This document shows, piece after piece, positions 37,534 to 49,735 of a stretch of 64,000 nucleotides of DNA. The notes beneath the pieces were generated by a model. That model saw nothing but the letters and a program-made list of their open reading frames with translations. It had not been told where the DNA came from and searched no databases. This DNA is from Okamejei kenojei (Eukaryota), in contig CM069137.1 of the NCBI GenBank assembly GCA_035221665.1, forward strand, positions 79,608,001 through 79,672,000, given 5' to 3'. Both the position numbers and the translations under genes were made by a program. The first letter of the stretch is position 1. Every line of letters begins with the position of its first letter.

Positions 37534-37772
37534 CCGTGGTTCTCAACCTTGTTTGCCCCATGCACCCCTTTCACCATATGTCAGAATGTCATATGCCAAG
37601 ATTCCTTGCCAAGATTGTCTGCCTCAAAAAAGTGCATTCCATATAATATGCAAAGGCAATAAAAAGATCAACATTCTAACAGTTTGAGTTTGCTAATCTG
37701 TGGTCCCAATTCCCCCCCTGAAAACCTGAAATCCCTCCCTGGGGGGAATTCCCCCCTGGTTGAGAACCCCTG
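37534..37772. mobile_element. hAT-Charlie/Buster-type MITE
   Basis: TIR ccgtggttctcaacc / ggttgagaacccctg and 8-bp TSD atctagac / atctggac (NTCTAGAN target). Confidence 0.85.
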
Positions 37773-40159
37773 ATCTGGACAAAATAATATAATGTGGCAA
37801 CAGTAACTAGCCTAAGCATGAATGGCGCCTACCCAAACTATACATGAGTATAATCATACACAAGAGAGTGAAATGATTAAGTAGAACTTCTAGTAGAGCA
37901 CACAAAGTGTCACCATATTCCAGCACCATCTTTACCCCTACACATTCACCGCTGCCCTCTGGTATCCGTCCCATTATGTCACCATTGCCTTTGACACAGA
38001 TATTAATTTGCTCAATTATTTTTATTACAATTGGTAATCTTTCCCAACACCAATCACATTCTGCTTTTGTACTTATAGCTTCAATCCGAGGCCAATGATT
38101 TTCCCCCAAAATATTCTAAATTCAGAGTTCTGCACATTCCTCACACATCTCTCAGCACCCATTTAAAATGACACCATTTGGCTTTTGCTGCTTCGCTTTT
38201 GTCTCCCTCCCAAAGGCGATCACATCACGCTTCTTTAAACATGTCATGTATCTGTTCATTTAATTTCTCAATCTCTGTGGTCCTATGGTCTGTTACTATC
38301 CTCCTCAATCCTTACTACCCTTAGCGGAGAGTTGGGAGTGACACGACTGCACAGTTCCCTTCTGGAAAGCAACTGATGCAATTTATTTTTTCCTTTGACT
38401 AATTCTGCATTACACATCTGCTTAATTCCACACATTTCAGTTTACTTGTTCGCTTAAACCCAGGCAGCAGTCATTAGAACTGCAACGTGCATGTTGACTC
38501 CCAGTACAGCAAACCCATCACTCGTTCCCCCATTTTATATCCCTGTGGCCCTGCAACTATCTCCAGCTCACAAGGGTAATCAACTGCATTTTTATTATTT
38601 TGCCATTTTTATACACCAAGGGGCTAGTAATGGTCGCTTGCCAGCACATCTTTTGGATGCAAGAGAAAACCAAAACACCTGGTGGAACATGCATGGTCAC
38701 ACAAAGACCACTGCAGAGAAAACATCTGAGAACCGGATGGGTGCAAATCCTAAAAACACTATACCTGGCATCATCGTCATACGAGTTGTGGCAGTTGCCA
38801 CCAGCATATTAGATAAACAATAAATGTTGATATTGCTAGCATGCTCAACGATAAACCAAATAAAAACTGCCAGTTATTGTTTTATACCGCCACAATCAAC
38901 TGGAGGCTTTTTAAAATTATATATCTCTCAAGTTCAATTTCAAATCATTTGTCTATTTGCACCCCTTGCCAATATAAAGTTGCTCAATGAACAATAAGTA
39001 AAAATTTGAACTTGAAATTATGTAGTGAGGCTTGCAAGCAGCCATTTTACTCTATACTAATGTACACTAACCAATGTATGGATATTTGTTTAGCACCAAC
39101 ATATTTAAAGGAATTAAGTATGAAAATTACTAAACTATATTTTCTAAATTGATTTCAAAATAAATGTTGCTTGCTATTGCATTAATAAGCAATATATAAA
39201 TCGTTTAGTTTTTCTTATGGATAGCAGGTCGATCTAATAGTGCACATTCAAATCTACAAGTGATTTAGGATACGATGTATTTATTTGGAGCATGCAACAT
39301 CTGTTAAATCTCTTGGACCCTGTGTACTGCATCTGATTGTTTGGCAGACATCTATTCATTTCAAGTTAAATAAATGGCACTCTAAATTTGGAATTCAAAA
39401 CATGGAGGTTAATACTCTTACCCACAAATGGCAGTAAAATAACGATTTAAAAGCAAAGTAATTTATTGCTCAGTGTATTAAATTTCACTCCGCTCAACTA
39501 GATGGGGTTTAATGATTGCACGCCCAATTCTGAATTGAACAGTGCAATTTTTGAACAAGCAAAATACTATTTCATTTTCCAGAGAAAAAAATGGTCTGTC
39601 ATTTCAGCTCAAAGGTTTATTTATTCAATAATTACCCATTTCTTCAATCTATCCCAAAATTAATAACTGCTAATGCTGTGCTTTAGAAAATAGTCTCTTA
39701 CAAAAGCAAATGCTGCAACTAATTTGCAAACAGAAAACTACTGACAAAAATATTAAATATGACTATTTTTTATGGCTGAGTGATTATAATCTTGCACTGG
39801 TTAAGAGGCAAAACCTTATGCTCACTGTAAACGTTAATATGAAAAGGAGAATTCTAAAACAATACTCAAGGAGAGTCTAGAACCATAAGCATTCCATCAG
39901 CCAGAATCCTCAGTTCACAGCCAAATAACCAAAGGAATGAGCATATAATCTAATTTCTCATTTTGGTCCCATGCATTCACGGAAACAGTGGGACAACAAT
40001 ATACTACACAGGTCAAGCCAACATTTCCCTGTAGGGCATTCAGTGTAAAATGGTATTTTAATAAAGCAAAAGATTAAATCATAGCACTGCTTCACATAAC
40101 ACAATACTTTCAAAATACATTCTACTTTTGAACAGAAAACAAGGTAGTAATTCTACAGG

Positions 40160-40342
40160 AGCAGATGCTGGAATTTTGAGCAAAACAAAGTGTTGGAGTA
40201 ACTGAATGGGTTAGCAAGCATCTGTGGAGGGAATGTTTCGGGTCAGGACCATTCTTCAGACAGATTCAGCAAAACAAAGTGCTGGGGCAACTAAATGGGC
40301 CAGGCAGCATCACAGCGGGTCAGGCAGTATCTGTGTGTGTGT

Positions 40343-40379
<37 letters not shown>

Positions 40380-40490
40380 CATCAGTCAAACACAGTGTGA
40401 AGAACAGCATTAAACTGGAAGAGGGTCCCAACCCAAAATGTTGCCTATCTATTAAAGATGCTGCCTGACTCGCTGAGATACTCCACTATT
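40160..40490. mobile_element. Penelope terminal-repeat cluster (two minus fragments, poly-G tract, one plus fragment)
   Basis: gcagatgctgg...ttcttcagac, G-run at about 40343-40376, then gggtcccaacccaaaatg...ctgagatactcca. Confidence 0.65.
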
Positions 40491-41895
40491 GTGCGGAGCA
40501 ATTCCATTGGCCCATTGAAGAGTCTACATTTAGCTATTTGGATACTGTGGGAATTCTGCGATTTCTGCTGGGTTTGCGGTTAGACAATTGGCGCTGGAGT
40601 AGTCAAAAAACACCAACACATACCATTTATCCTAACAATTTTAATTTCAATACCTTTCATAAACTGATGATAGCTAGATTTAAAATTTACAAATACTCAA
40701 CATCTAATTAGAGAACAAGAAAAATAATATGTCAAACAGAAAATAGAAAGGAGAATAGAGGGATACATTGACTGTAGGTAAACACATACCTGATCCAAGT
40801 ATAGAATTCCAAAATACCAAACTACTTCGCAGTCGCTCCCATTACACACAATCTGATCCAACCATAACATTTACAAATAAATTTTGATCCAAGCATAAAA
40901 TGCTGCTATTAACCAAGTTTTTTTAATACCACACTACATCTACTCAAAGAACGGCTAAATTTCACCAAGAGACAGTAGCACAATTTAGAATCTAATAATT
41001 TACGTTAAAAAGTGTTGTTTAGACTGAATTACTGAATGAAGTCACTGTACATTAACTTTAAAACATTAGTTTGTGGCTTTTTAATGAATGGTTAAATTGG
41101 CTGCACTAACAGTTTTTAAATATTTGCAAATTGGCTATTTTTATCTGCAGTTTATGGAAATCCTGATCCGAGCATAATCCTTATTCAAGCATAACATTTC
41201 TTGGCAATGTAGTCATGTTTATAATGATTTGATTCCACCCCTTATACAAGAAAGGGCAAATTAATAATCATGTGGCAAAACTAATGAATTATGTTCATCT
41301 TCCCCCCCCCACTTTGTACCATTTCTATCAAGTGACATTGATCATCTCCATGCTCCCATTTTTAGCCGTTATTTAGCCATAGAAGATGGTCACTAACGAT
41401 TCTTGATTTGGACTCTCACAAGACCATTTGCATTCTCAAAAATTCTGTTATAAAATTAGAATTAAAAAAATCCAAGCACAAAACATGAACTTTCATAGGA
41501 GAACAGAGAGAATTTCTTAATTGAAGCTGATGTCATAACTTATTCACATTACTCTTTTCTCCCCAATGAGAAATAGGAACTAATTTCCTAAAAGATGATT
41601 TCTGAAGAATGATTAAACTCCAGATGAGGCATCTTTGGTCTATAAATAATGAAACGTCAATATGATTTTATTTATACATTAGAAACATTGTTCAGGATGA
41701 CCTTCCATCTGTTGATTAGATTGTGAACATTGAACAGCCAACACTATCTTGATGCCAAGTAAACTATATGAAGGTGCTAACTATTCATTCGTATTAATCC
41801 TGTCTTCAGCCTTATTCTTTCCATCCATGTGGAAACATGTGCTGTTGATTTTGAAAGTTCATTCAGATTTAAAAACAAATAGGAACTCCACTTAC

Positions 41896-42005
41896 AGCAA
41901 GGAATTCTTTAAGACGATCCTCAATGCTTCCTTTATGAATGGTGAACAAGGCAGCAGCAATTTGATTTATCGCTTTGGCCAAACAATGAATGTTGTTGCA
42001 ATGCC
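41896..42005 (-). CDS. NCKAP1: NCKAP1 coding exon ((G)[36 protein letters not shown])
   Basis: 110 nt with tgcag acceptor and gtaagt donor, phase 1 to 0. Confidence 0.97.
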
Positions 42006-42519
42006 CTGCACAGTTAAATAAAGGTAATGTGAAATCACAGACCACACGTACATCAATGAAACATCAGTCTCCGTCATGTGAAGCATAAACACTCAATTTT
42101 TATGCATGATAAATACTTCCGACGTCCTGCAATCTCAATTATTTTTATGTACGCCACATGAAACAAATGGATCTCAAGGCCAACAGATTATAAAACAATA
42201 AAAACACAGAGCCTGGATTACTGAAATAACTGAGAAAAAAAAAAACATGCTGGAAGTAGTCAGGTGAGGCAAAAACAGAATATAGAAAAAAACTATTCTT
42301 TTACCTCACCCGAATTAGAAAATGGTAAACAAGCAGCTGTTAAGTCCAAGTTGGTGTGTTGAAAACAAAATACTGTAGAATTCAAATATAGCTCAAGTTT
42401 GAATATAACTTGAATCAGTTTGAAATGGTATGATTGTCAGGTGCTTCTAAGACAAACGTCTCTCCAAGACAAACATCTTTGAAGCAGTATTCCTCATTTC
42501 TATTAAGTTAACCCCAACA

Positions 42520-42906
42520 TTGAATTTTCTCAATTCTGTTAACCCTTGCTGCCTCCTCCCCTTCCCACCTCTCCCTCAGCCCTTGGGCCCTGGCATTCCC
42601 TCTATCTCTATCTCCCTCCCCCACCCTAGTCGCACCAGCTTCTCATTTTCACACCACAAACAGCTTACAATGGCTTGTTTCCTTTATCATCGATACTTTT
42701 TTGCATATCTTTCATTCATTGTTCTTTATCTCTCCACATCACCGGCTATATCTCTCGTTTCCCTGATCCCTGACCAGTCTGAAGAAGGGTCTCGACCCGA
42801 AACGTCGCCTATCTCCTTCGCTCCTTAGATGCTGCTGCACCCGCTGAGTTTCTCCAGCTCTTTGTGTAACCCTCGATTCTCCAGCATCTGCAGTTCCTTC
42901 TTTAAC
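42520..42906 (+). mobile_element. Young Penelope-like element 3' end with hammerhead motif at 42779-42806
   Basis: Begins at the ORF-terminal NIEFSQFC* word, then a pyrimidine-rich UTR and CTGAAGAAGGGTCTCGACCCGAAACGTC. TSD aaccccaaca at 42510-42519 and 42907-42916. Confidence 0.85.
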
Positions 42907-43774
42907 AACCCCAACAATCCAATCCCTTGCACCATTTTGGATTGCAAAAAAAAAAGATGGTAAACATGTTAATAAAACATTACTGCATTAATGCTAGGAT
43001 CAGCTTCATCAATGGCCATCTGCAGTTGTTTCTGATTTTAGGGCTGTTGATTAGCTCTGGAGAATCTCTGCAGTTTAGCTTTACATTATTTTACTGTGGT
43101 GATGCTTGAAATTGAATGTGCACGCTGAATCACTTAAACAGCAATGTCAAAATCAACTCAAAGTAAGCATATTTTGGACATTTTGCATCCACTTCCTGAC
43201 ATTTTACGTACCTCAATTTTATTTGGATTACATTCAAAAAGTATTTCATTGATATATTTTAAGCATCAGAAATAGGACAAATTGTAAAAGAGCATGGTTG
43301 CATTTTAGTTTCCTTTATTATTGTTACATGTATCGAAGTATAGTGAAAAGCTTTTGTTGCGTGCTATCCAGTAAAAAAGACTGGACATTGTTGCTCCTAA
43401 TGAGATGATGACTTAAAGACTACATCCTTTGATCCTCAAAACCTTACCATGGAAATTCTTAAAACACTTTTCACAAATGTCTGGCAGATGTTATTTGATG
43501 CTGGGGAATAAAATACCTGATCTACTGCAGACTTTTTGCTTTGAAACAAGTGCTGTATAAATCAAATTTTGTTTAAGGTATTGAGCCAAATTTCAAACAT
43601 AGTAAGAATTTAAAACTACATACTAAAAGTAAATGTGTAGGTACCACGAAGGGAAATCTTTCTCACTCCAAGCATAAGGCAAATGACTTACACAATGTAC
43701 AAGCTGAGGTTGCTCAAGTATTAAAGGAAAAATGCAGAACATCATGCCAGGATTTAAAAATTGTTTTACAAACA

Positions 43775-45086
43775 CAGTGCCCTCCATAATGTTTGGGACA
43801 AAGACCCATCATTTATTTATTTGCTTCTGTAGTCCACAATTTGAGATTTGTAATCGAAAAAAATCACATGTGTTTCAAGGACAAGGGGTCACAGCTTAAG
43901 GATAAGGGGGAAATCCTTTAAGACCGAGATGAGAAAGACTTTTTTCACACAGAGAGTGGTGAGTCTCTGGAACTCTCTGTCACAGAGGGTAGTTGAGGCC
44001 AGTTCATTGGCTATATTTAAGAGGAGTTAGATGTGGCTAAGCGGATCAGGGGGTATGGAGAGATGGCAGGTACGGGATACTGAGTTGGATGATCAGCCAT
44101 GATCATATTGAATGGCAATGCAGGCACGAAAGGGCCGAATGGCCTACTCCTGCACCTAATTTCTATGTTTCTCAGTGCATATTGTCAGATTTTAATAAAG
44201 GCCATATTTATACATTTTGGTTGCGCCATGTAGAAATTACAACTGTGTTTATACATAGTCCCCCCATTTCAGGGCACCATAATGTTTGCGACACAGCAAT
44301 GTCATGTAAATGAGAGTAGTTATGTTTAGTATTTTGCTGCATATCCTTTGCATGCAATAACTGCTTGAAGTCTGCAATTCATGGACATCACCAGTTGCTG
44401 GGTGACTTCTCTGGTGATGCTCTGCCAGGCCTGTGTTGCAGCCATCTTTAGCTTATGCTTGTTTTGGGGGCTCGTCCCCTTCAGTTTTCTCTTCAGCATA
44501 TAAAAGGCATGCTCAATAGGGTTCAGGTCGGGTCATTGACTTGGCCACTCAAGAATTGATAATTTTTTAGCTTTGAAAGACTCTCTTGTTGCTTTAACAG
44601 TATGTTTGGGATCATTGTCTTGCCGTAGAATAAACCACCGGCCAATGAGTTTTGAGGCATTTGTTTGAACTTGAGCAGATAGGATGTGTCTACACACTTC
44701 AGAATTCATTATGCTACCGTCAGCAGTTGATTCATCAATGAAGATATGTGAGCCAGTACCTTCAGCAGCCATACATGCCAGGCCATAAGAGAGCTCGCTT
44801 ATACCTGCATTAAGGAGGCAATTAAACACACCTGAGCAACTACAAACACCTGTGAAGCCATGTGTCCCAAACATTATGGTGCCCTGAAATGGGGGGGACT
44901 ATGTATAAACACAGCTGTAATTTCTACACGGTGAAACCAAAATGTATAAAAATACCCTTTTAATGAAATCTGACAATGTGCACTTTAACCACATGTGATT
45001 CTTTCTATTACAAATCTCAAATTGTGGAGTACAGAGGCAAATAAATAAATGATGGGTCTTTGTCCCAAACATTATTGGGAGCACTG
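43775..45086 (-). mobile_element. Tc1-family (IR/DR type) DNA transposon, internally deleted
   Basis: About 225-bp TIRs starting cagtg, with inner and outer direct repeats (ccataatgtttgggaca). Transposase remnant about 44785-44326: QDNDPKH..EWPSQ*PDLNPIEH. Confidence 0.93.
43873..44172 (+). mobile_element. CR1 3' end inserted in the left TIR of the Tc1 element
   Basis: FFTQRVVSLWNSL motif and tail ggcctactcctgcacctaatttctatgtttct. Confidence 0.88.
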
Positions 45087-45381
45087 TTGTTTCCTTCACT
45101 TATCTTAAATGCATATAGTACTGTATAACAAACTGTACAATTAGTTAACTTTCACAACATTATAACTTTATACACAACATTAATTTTAAGAATCTAAACT
45201 GAACATCTGCTATTTATTCCCTGCAAAATAGAAATGAATACAATCTTTTGAATGTCAATTATATTCATGAAATGTTGAAATAGAACCGTCAACAATAGTT
45301 TTTTGTAATGACAGCAGCTGAAACCTCAAGATTTTATCCATGATTGTTCTTGACACTTCACTGAAGAAAACCAGTACTTAC

Positions 45382-45498
45382 CTTCAATAGCAGGACTATA
45401 TTGGGACATAACATTACTGGCTAGAGTTGGAAGAGATACAGCAACAAACACCATCAGGAGGCAGGCAATCTTATATTCTTCCTCTGGACTAATATTCT
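45382..45498 (-). CDS. NCKAP1: NCKAP1 coding exon ((E)[38 protein letters not shown])
   Basis: 117 nt with ttcacag acceptor and gtaagt donor, phase 1 to 1; visible in ORF 45326..45520. Confidence 0.97.
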
Positions 45499-45887
45499 CT
45501 GTGAATGGGGAGAGTATCAATTAACACCATAACAAGCAATACTTTAATCAGCATTTTAAAATAAATTTTAGTCTGACTTTGCTAAATCTACTGAAACAGT
45601 GTTAGTAAAATTCTAGTAATGACATTATGTACAAAAGATATCAATATTAGAAAGTGGTACAAGGTACATTTGTTAATATAAGAGAAAAGGAATACACCAT
45701 AATGCCTTCAAGTTTGTTTCATTAATTTGCACCTCAAATCAATTTTGGTGTCTCTAGTGACATTCATGGATAGCAAACCAAAAAAGAATCTTAAACTTTG
45801 ATGTACCCCTCATGCCAAAATATGTACTTCCTGCTTTCATTCCTGACTGATACAGCTGTAATGTGGTGAAATAAATACATTACATTT

Positions 45888-46110
45888 AGGGTCATGGTGT
45901 GGAAATAGGCCCTTCAGCCCAATTTGTGTCCACTGACCAACATGTTTGATCTACACTAGTCCCACTTGCCTGTGTTTGACCCATGTCCCTCTAAACATGT
46001 CCTATCCATGTACCTGTCTAATTGCTTCTTAAATATTTCGATAGTCCCTGCCTCAACTACCTCCTCCGGCAGCTCATTCCATACACTCACCACCTTTTGT
46101 ATAAAAAAAA
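45888..46110 (-). mobile_element. CR1 LINE 3' end
   Basis: Homologous to 7352-7575. Confidence 0.75.
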
Positions 46111-47041
46111 GGTACCTGTCAAAAATATCACGTCAAGCATATTTTGGTTGCAAAGCACTTTGGGGCATACTGAGCTTCTGAGTCACCAAACCATTTAGTT
46201 TACGGCAAGCAAGGGCCACCTTTCAAATCAATTTATCTTAATTTTTCAGTGCTGCCTATTGCCCAAGGAAGTGAACATTCCAGGAAACATTTAACTCTTG
46301 GAGGGCTCAGACTTCATTAAAAATACAATACTTAAAAAAAACACATTTGTGCAGAGCCTTTCACAACGTTAGAGCACACCAAAGCATCTCATCGTTGGTA
46401 CTGCATCAGTAACTCAATTAAAAAAAAAATCATTGATTCCAAAGCTTTGAGATATCATGGTTACAAGATATGTTTCAACTTTTTTGTTTGCATTGGTGCC
46501 TTTGAAGTTCAATCATAATATATAAAGAAACAAGCAAAAGGATTTGCCGTGGAATTTGAGGGAGTGGCAAAGGATTGCTTCAAAGTTCTCCATGTAGCTA
46601 ATCATATGGCCTAAGAGGTATCATAACATAACATAAGTTTTGATTCTTTATAATCAATAAATGCCAGACTTGAGCACCTAGCTAAGCTCATGTTCCAAAC
46701 CTTTACATGAGGTAATCGCTATGGATTCAATCATACAATCGTATCATAATGCGATAATTTAAAAGGTTCTGCTGTTGGGTCTGTGGTTTGGTTGTCAATT
46801 GATGCAAAATTGCAAATGATGCGGGCAAGGCTGCATTTATTAATCTCAGTTGATTTACGATGATGGGAAGGCTATTTCAGAGGGTAGTTGGAGTTGCCTA
46901 AAAACTAGACAGTTAGGAATGGCAATTTCATGCACTGGAATAATAGTGAACTAGGTACATTTTGCATAATGATTGATTATAGAACAATGACTAGTGCTGT
47001 AATAACTCCAAGTTATTTGAATTTAGAAGACAACACACTAA

Positions 47042-47728
47042 AGAGCCTGTCCCACTGACGCGACCTTTCAGCGACTGTCTTCGACCTTCAAGCTCGAGGG
47101 TACTCGCCTGGAAAACCCCGAGGTGGATCGACCGTCAGCGATGAAACCGCGAGCTGGATCGACCGACCGCACACACACACACCGCAAAGGCGGGGGCCAG
47201 GGAAAGCAGGGGAGCGCTGTCTGAAGTTCATACCAGCGATGAACAGAAAGGTAAAAGACGGTTGCACAGTGTATGGTAAGTCCTTTAGAGAGCGCGGAGG
47301 GGGATGGGGGGGGGGGGGTGAGAAGGGGAGAGAGGGGAAGGGAAGGGGGGAGAAGGAGTGGAGATACTTTTAAGAAGCCAGACAACGTTTAATAAAAAAT
47401 TTCGCGGGCATTTTACATTACCGGTCGGTTTTCCTTGGTGCTGAAAACTCCAATGAGCCAACTAAAATGCGACCGTCAGCGACCCACTCCACTGCACTAC
47501 AAGTTCAAAAGAACCATGCTGACTAATTTTTACTCGCGGACAAATTTTCAACATGCTGAAAAATGTTCCTCAACCAAATTGAGGCCGCGAGTATGCAGGA
47601 ACATCCCTCGAGCATGAAGGAGAGTCCCAGTGACCTCATAGGACCACGTGTTGACCATGCTATGGGTTTGAGTCGAGGGCAAACTCGTCTAAACTCGTAG
47701 ATTAGGTCGCCGCAGTGGGACAGCCCTT
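47042..47728. mobile_element. PIF/Harbinger-type non-autonomous element
   Basis: TIR agagcctgtcccactg / cagtgggacagccctt, TAA TSD at 47039-47041 and 47729-47731, G-rich interior. Confidence 0.85.
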
Positions 47729-48162
47729 TAAAGCAAAAAAAAAAATCCAAACATTATGACCAGATGGAAGCTTCAAAGGAATAAACTGCTTTTTTCAAAA
47801 TCAGTTGGCTTTTTTTGTTACACTTTTATAATTTATGGAAGCTTTGTTATTATGAAGGGATTTGATGAATTTCTGATTTTGGTGAATGATCTTAAACTTT
47901 CTGTAAAAAGAGGAAAATTATATGTTGCAATGCATGAATAGCACTGCAAACTTTAAATGAACGCTACATCCTCATACACAGTAGGCTGGAACTGGAAACT
48001 GAATGAATGTCGGTCACTAATCAACAAGTCAGCCTGTGCACCATTGCCAATATACAGTACTGGCCAACTTGTACCAGTATCAGGAAATAATCAGTTGGCA
48101 TCCATACAATCTGCAATCCAGCTATTGAATCAGGCACAATTCAAAGTATTCTTAGATTCTTA

Positions 48163-48821
48163 AGGGCCTGTCCAACCTGCGTGTCCTTGGCATGCAAATT
48201 ACACGACCTCGTCGTCTCGTTGAGGCGCACGAGCATCGTATGGCCAGTCCCACTGAGAAGCGCAGAGGGGTATGTAGTTGTGCGCGACATCGCGCGGGGC
48301 TCCGAAATCTTTATAGCGAACAAAATCTTTGCGTGCCAATGGCCTGTTGCGTAACTGACGGCCAAAGTGGGACAGGCCCAAGACCCTGGCTCGATGCAAC
48401 GTCTCATCTCCAACAGCAAAAGCAGGCAAACGATGGCCAAACTCGGCCTGGGGCTCATGGTCGTTGCAGTCCGGATCCTTCCCCACTTCTACTTGAAGAG
48501 AGACACAAAATGCAGGAGTAACTCAGCGGGACCGGCAGCATCTCTGGAGAGAAGCAATGGGTGACGTTTCAGGTCAAGACCCTTCTTTCAGACTGAAGAA
48601 GTCTCAACACGAAACATCATCCATTCCTTCTCTCCAGAGATGCTGCCGGTCCTGCTGAGTTACTCCTCCATTTTGTGTCCATCTTCAAATGACATCACGC
48701 GCTCCAGACGGCTGCGCGGTCGAATGAAATCGCACGCGACTTTCACGGGACCGTCATGGCTCAACGCGACCATGAGGTCGCGTAATTAGCGTGTCAAGGA
48801 CACGTAAGTGGGACAGGGACT
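48163..48821. mobile_element. Second PIF/Harbinger-type MITE containing a palindromic Penelope insert
   Basis: About 50-bp imperfect TIRs (agggcctgtcc... / ...ggacagggact), TTA TSD at 48160-48162 and 48822-48824, and an extra internal TIR copy at about 48365-48379. Confidence 0.85.
48493..48688. repeat. Fold-back palindrome of two Penelope terminal-repeat arms
   Basis: About 97-bp inverted arms centred on ttcag-a-ctgaa (48592). Confidence 0.88.
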
Positions 48822-49489
48822 TTAGACTTTAAAGGTTGCCCTAGGTTCAATATGTTCTGCCATTTGATAAGATCACTTTTTTTTGGCATCAGGGTCACTA
48901 TCCTCAACTTGCCTCACATTTCCTGAATCACCTAATATTCCAAAATATCAAAAAAATATTTAATAAATGAAATGAAAATATATTTTAAAAAAATCACTGC
49001 CTCAGATTAAAAATATACTTGTCTGTGATTAACAGGATATAAAATTAGTCTCAACTTAAAACTGATTTTATAAATTGCAAAAGGCAACAGCAGATAAATA
49101 TAAATAAATTATTTCCTTGGCCCTGTTCTTCCTCTTAAGCTCCAATATCACAAATATCTAGCAAGTTAACAATTTTTCAAATTCTCATCATCTTCCACTT
49201 CCTGCATTAAAAGAGCCTCAACCACTTTAATACATCTAGAATTCCATTACTAAACCCTTCTACCTTTCTCTCTTAGACTTTTTATAATAAACAATGTTGT
49301 TTGCTTGCATCTCTTTTATAATTACATTTCCATTGTTGTTTCAGCACGTTTATTTTGGTAGCTGAAGTTTGTTTGCCAAACTAAAGCCCATGAAATGGAT
49401 ACTTATGAAATACGAATAGACATGTCTGTCAGGCAATCCTTCCAACTCCACATATGTCCATGATGCTGATTCAAGTCTTTATAGCAGCA

Positions 49490-49735
49490 TCAAGAACTCA
49501 CCAGCAAGAGCAGTCCTGACCTCCGATCTTTCTCATTGGAGACCTTAAAACTATCTTTAATCGGAATTTTTTTTACTTTATCTTGCACTAAACCTTATAC
49601 CCTTTATCCTAAATCCGTATACTATAGACATCCTGATTGTAATCATGTGTAGTCTTTTCGCTGACTGGATAGCACGCAACAAAGCATTTCACTGTACCTC
49701 AGTACACATGACAATAATAAACTAAAACAAAACTA
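49490..49735 (+). mobile_element. Rex1-type LINE 3' UTR
   Basis: Homologous to 6660-6890. Confidence 0.75.

Noticed and set aside
40343-40376. Long G or C homopolymers (also about 10797-10823 and 24200-24221) as functional G-quadruplexes
   Set aside because: All lie within transposon-derived tracts (the Gypsy PPT or Penelope sequence), and their lengths are prone to slippage and sequencing error.
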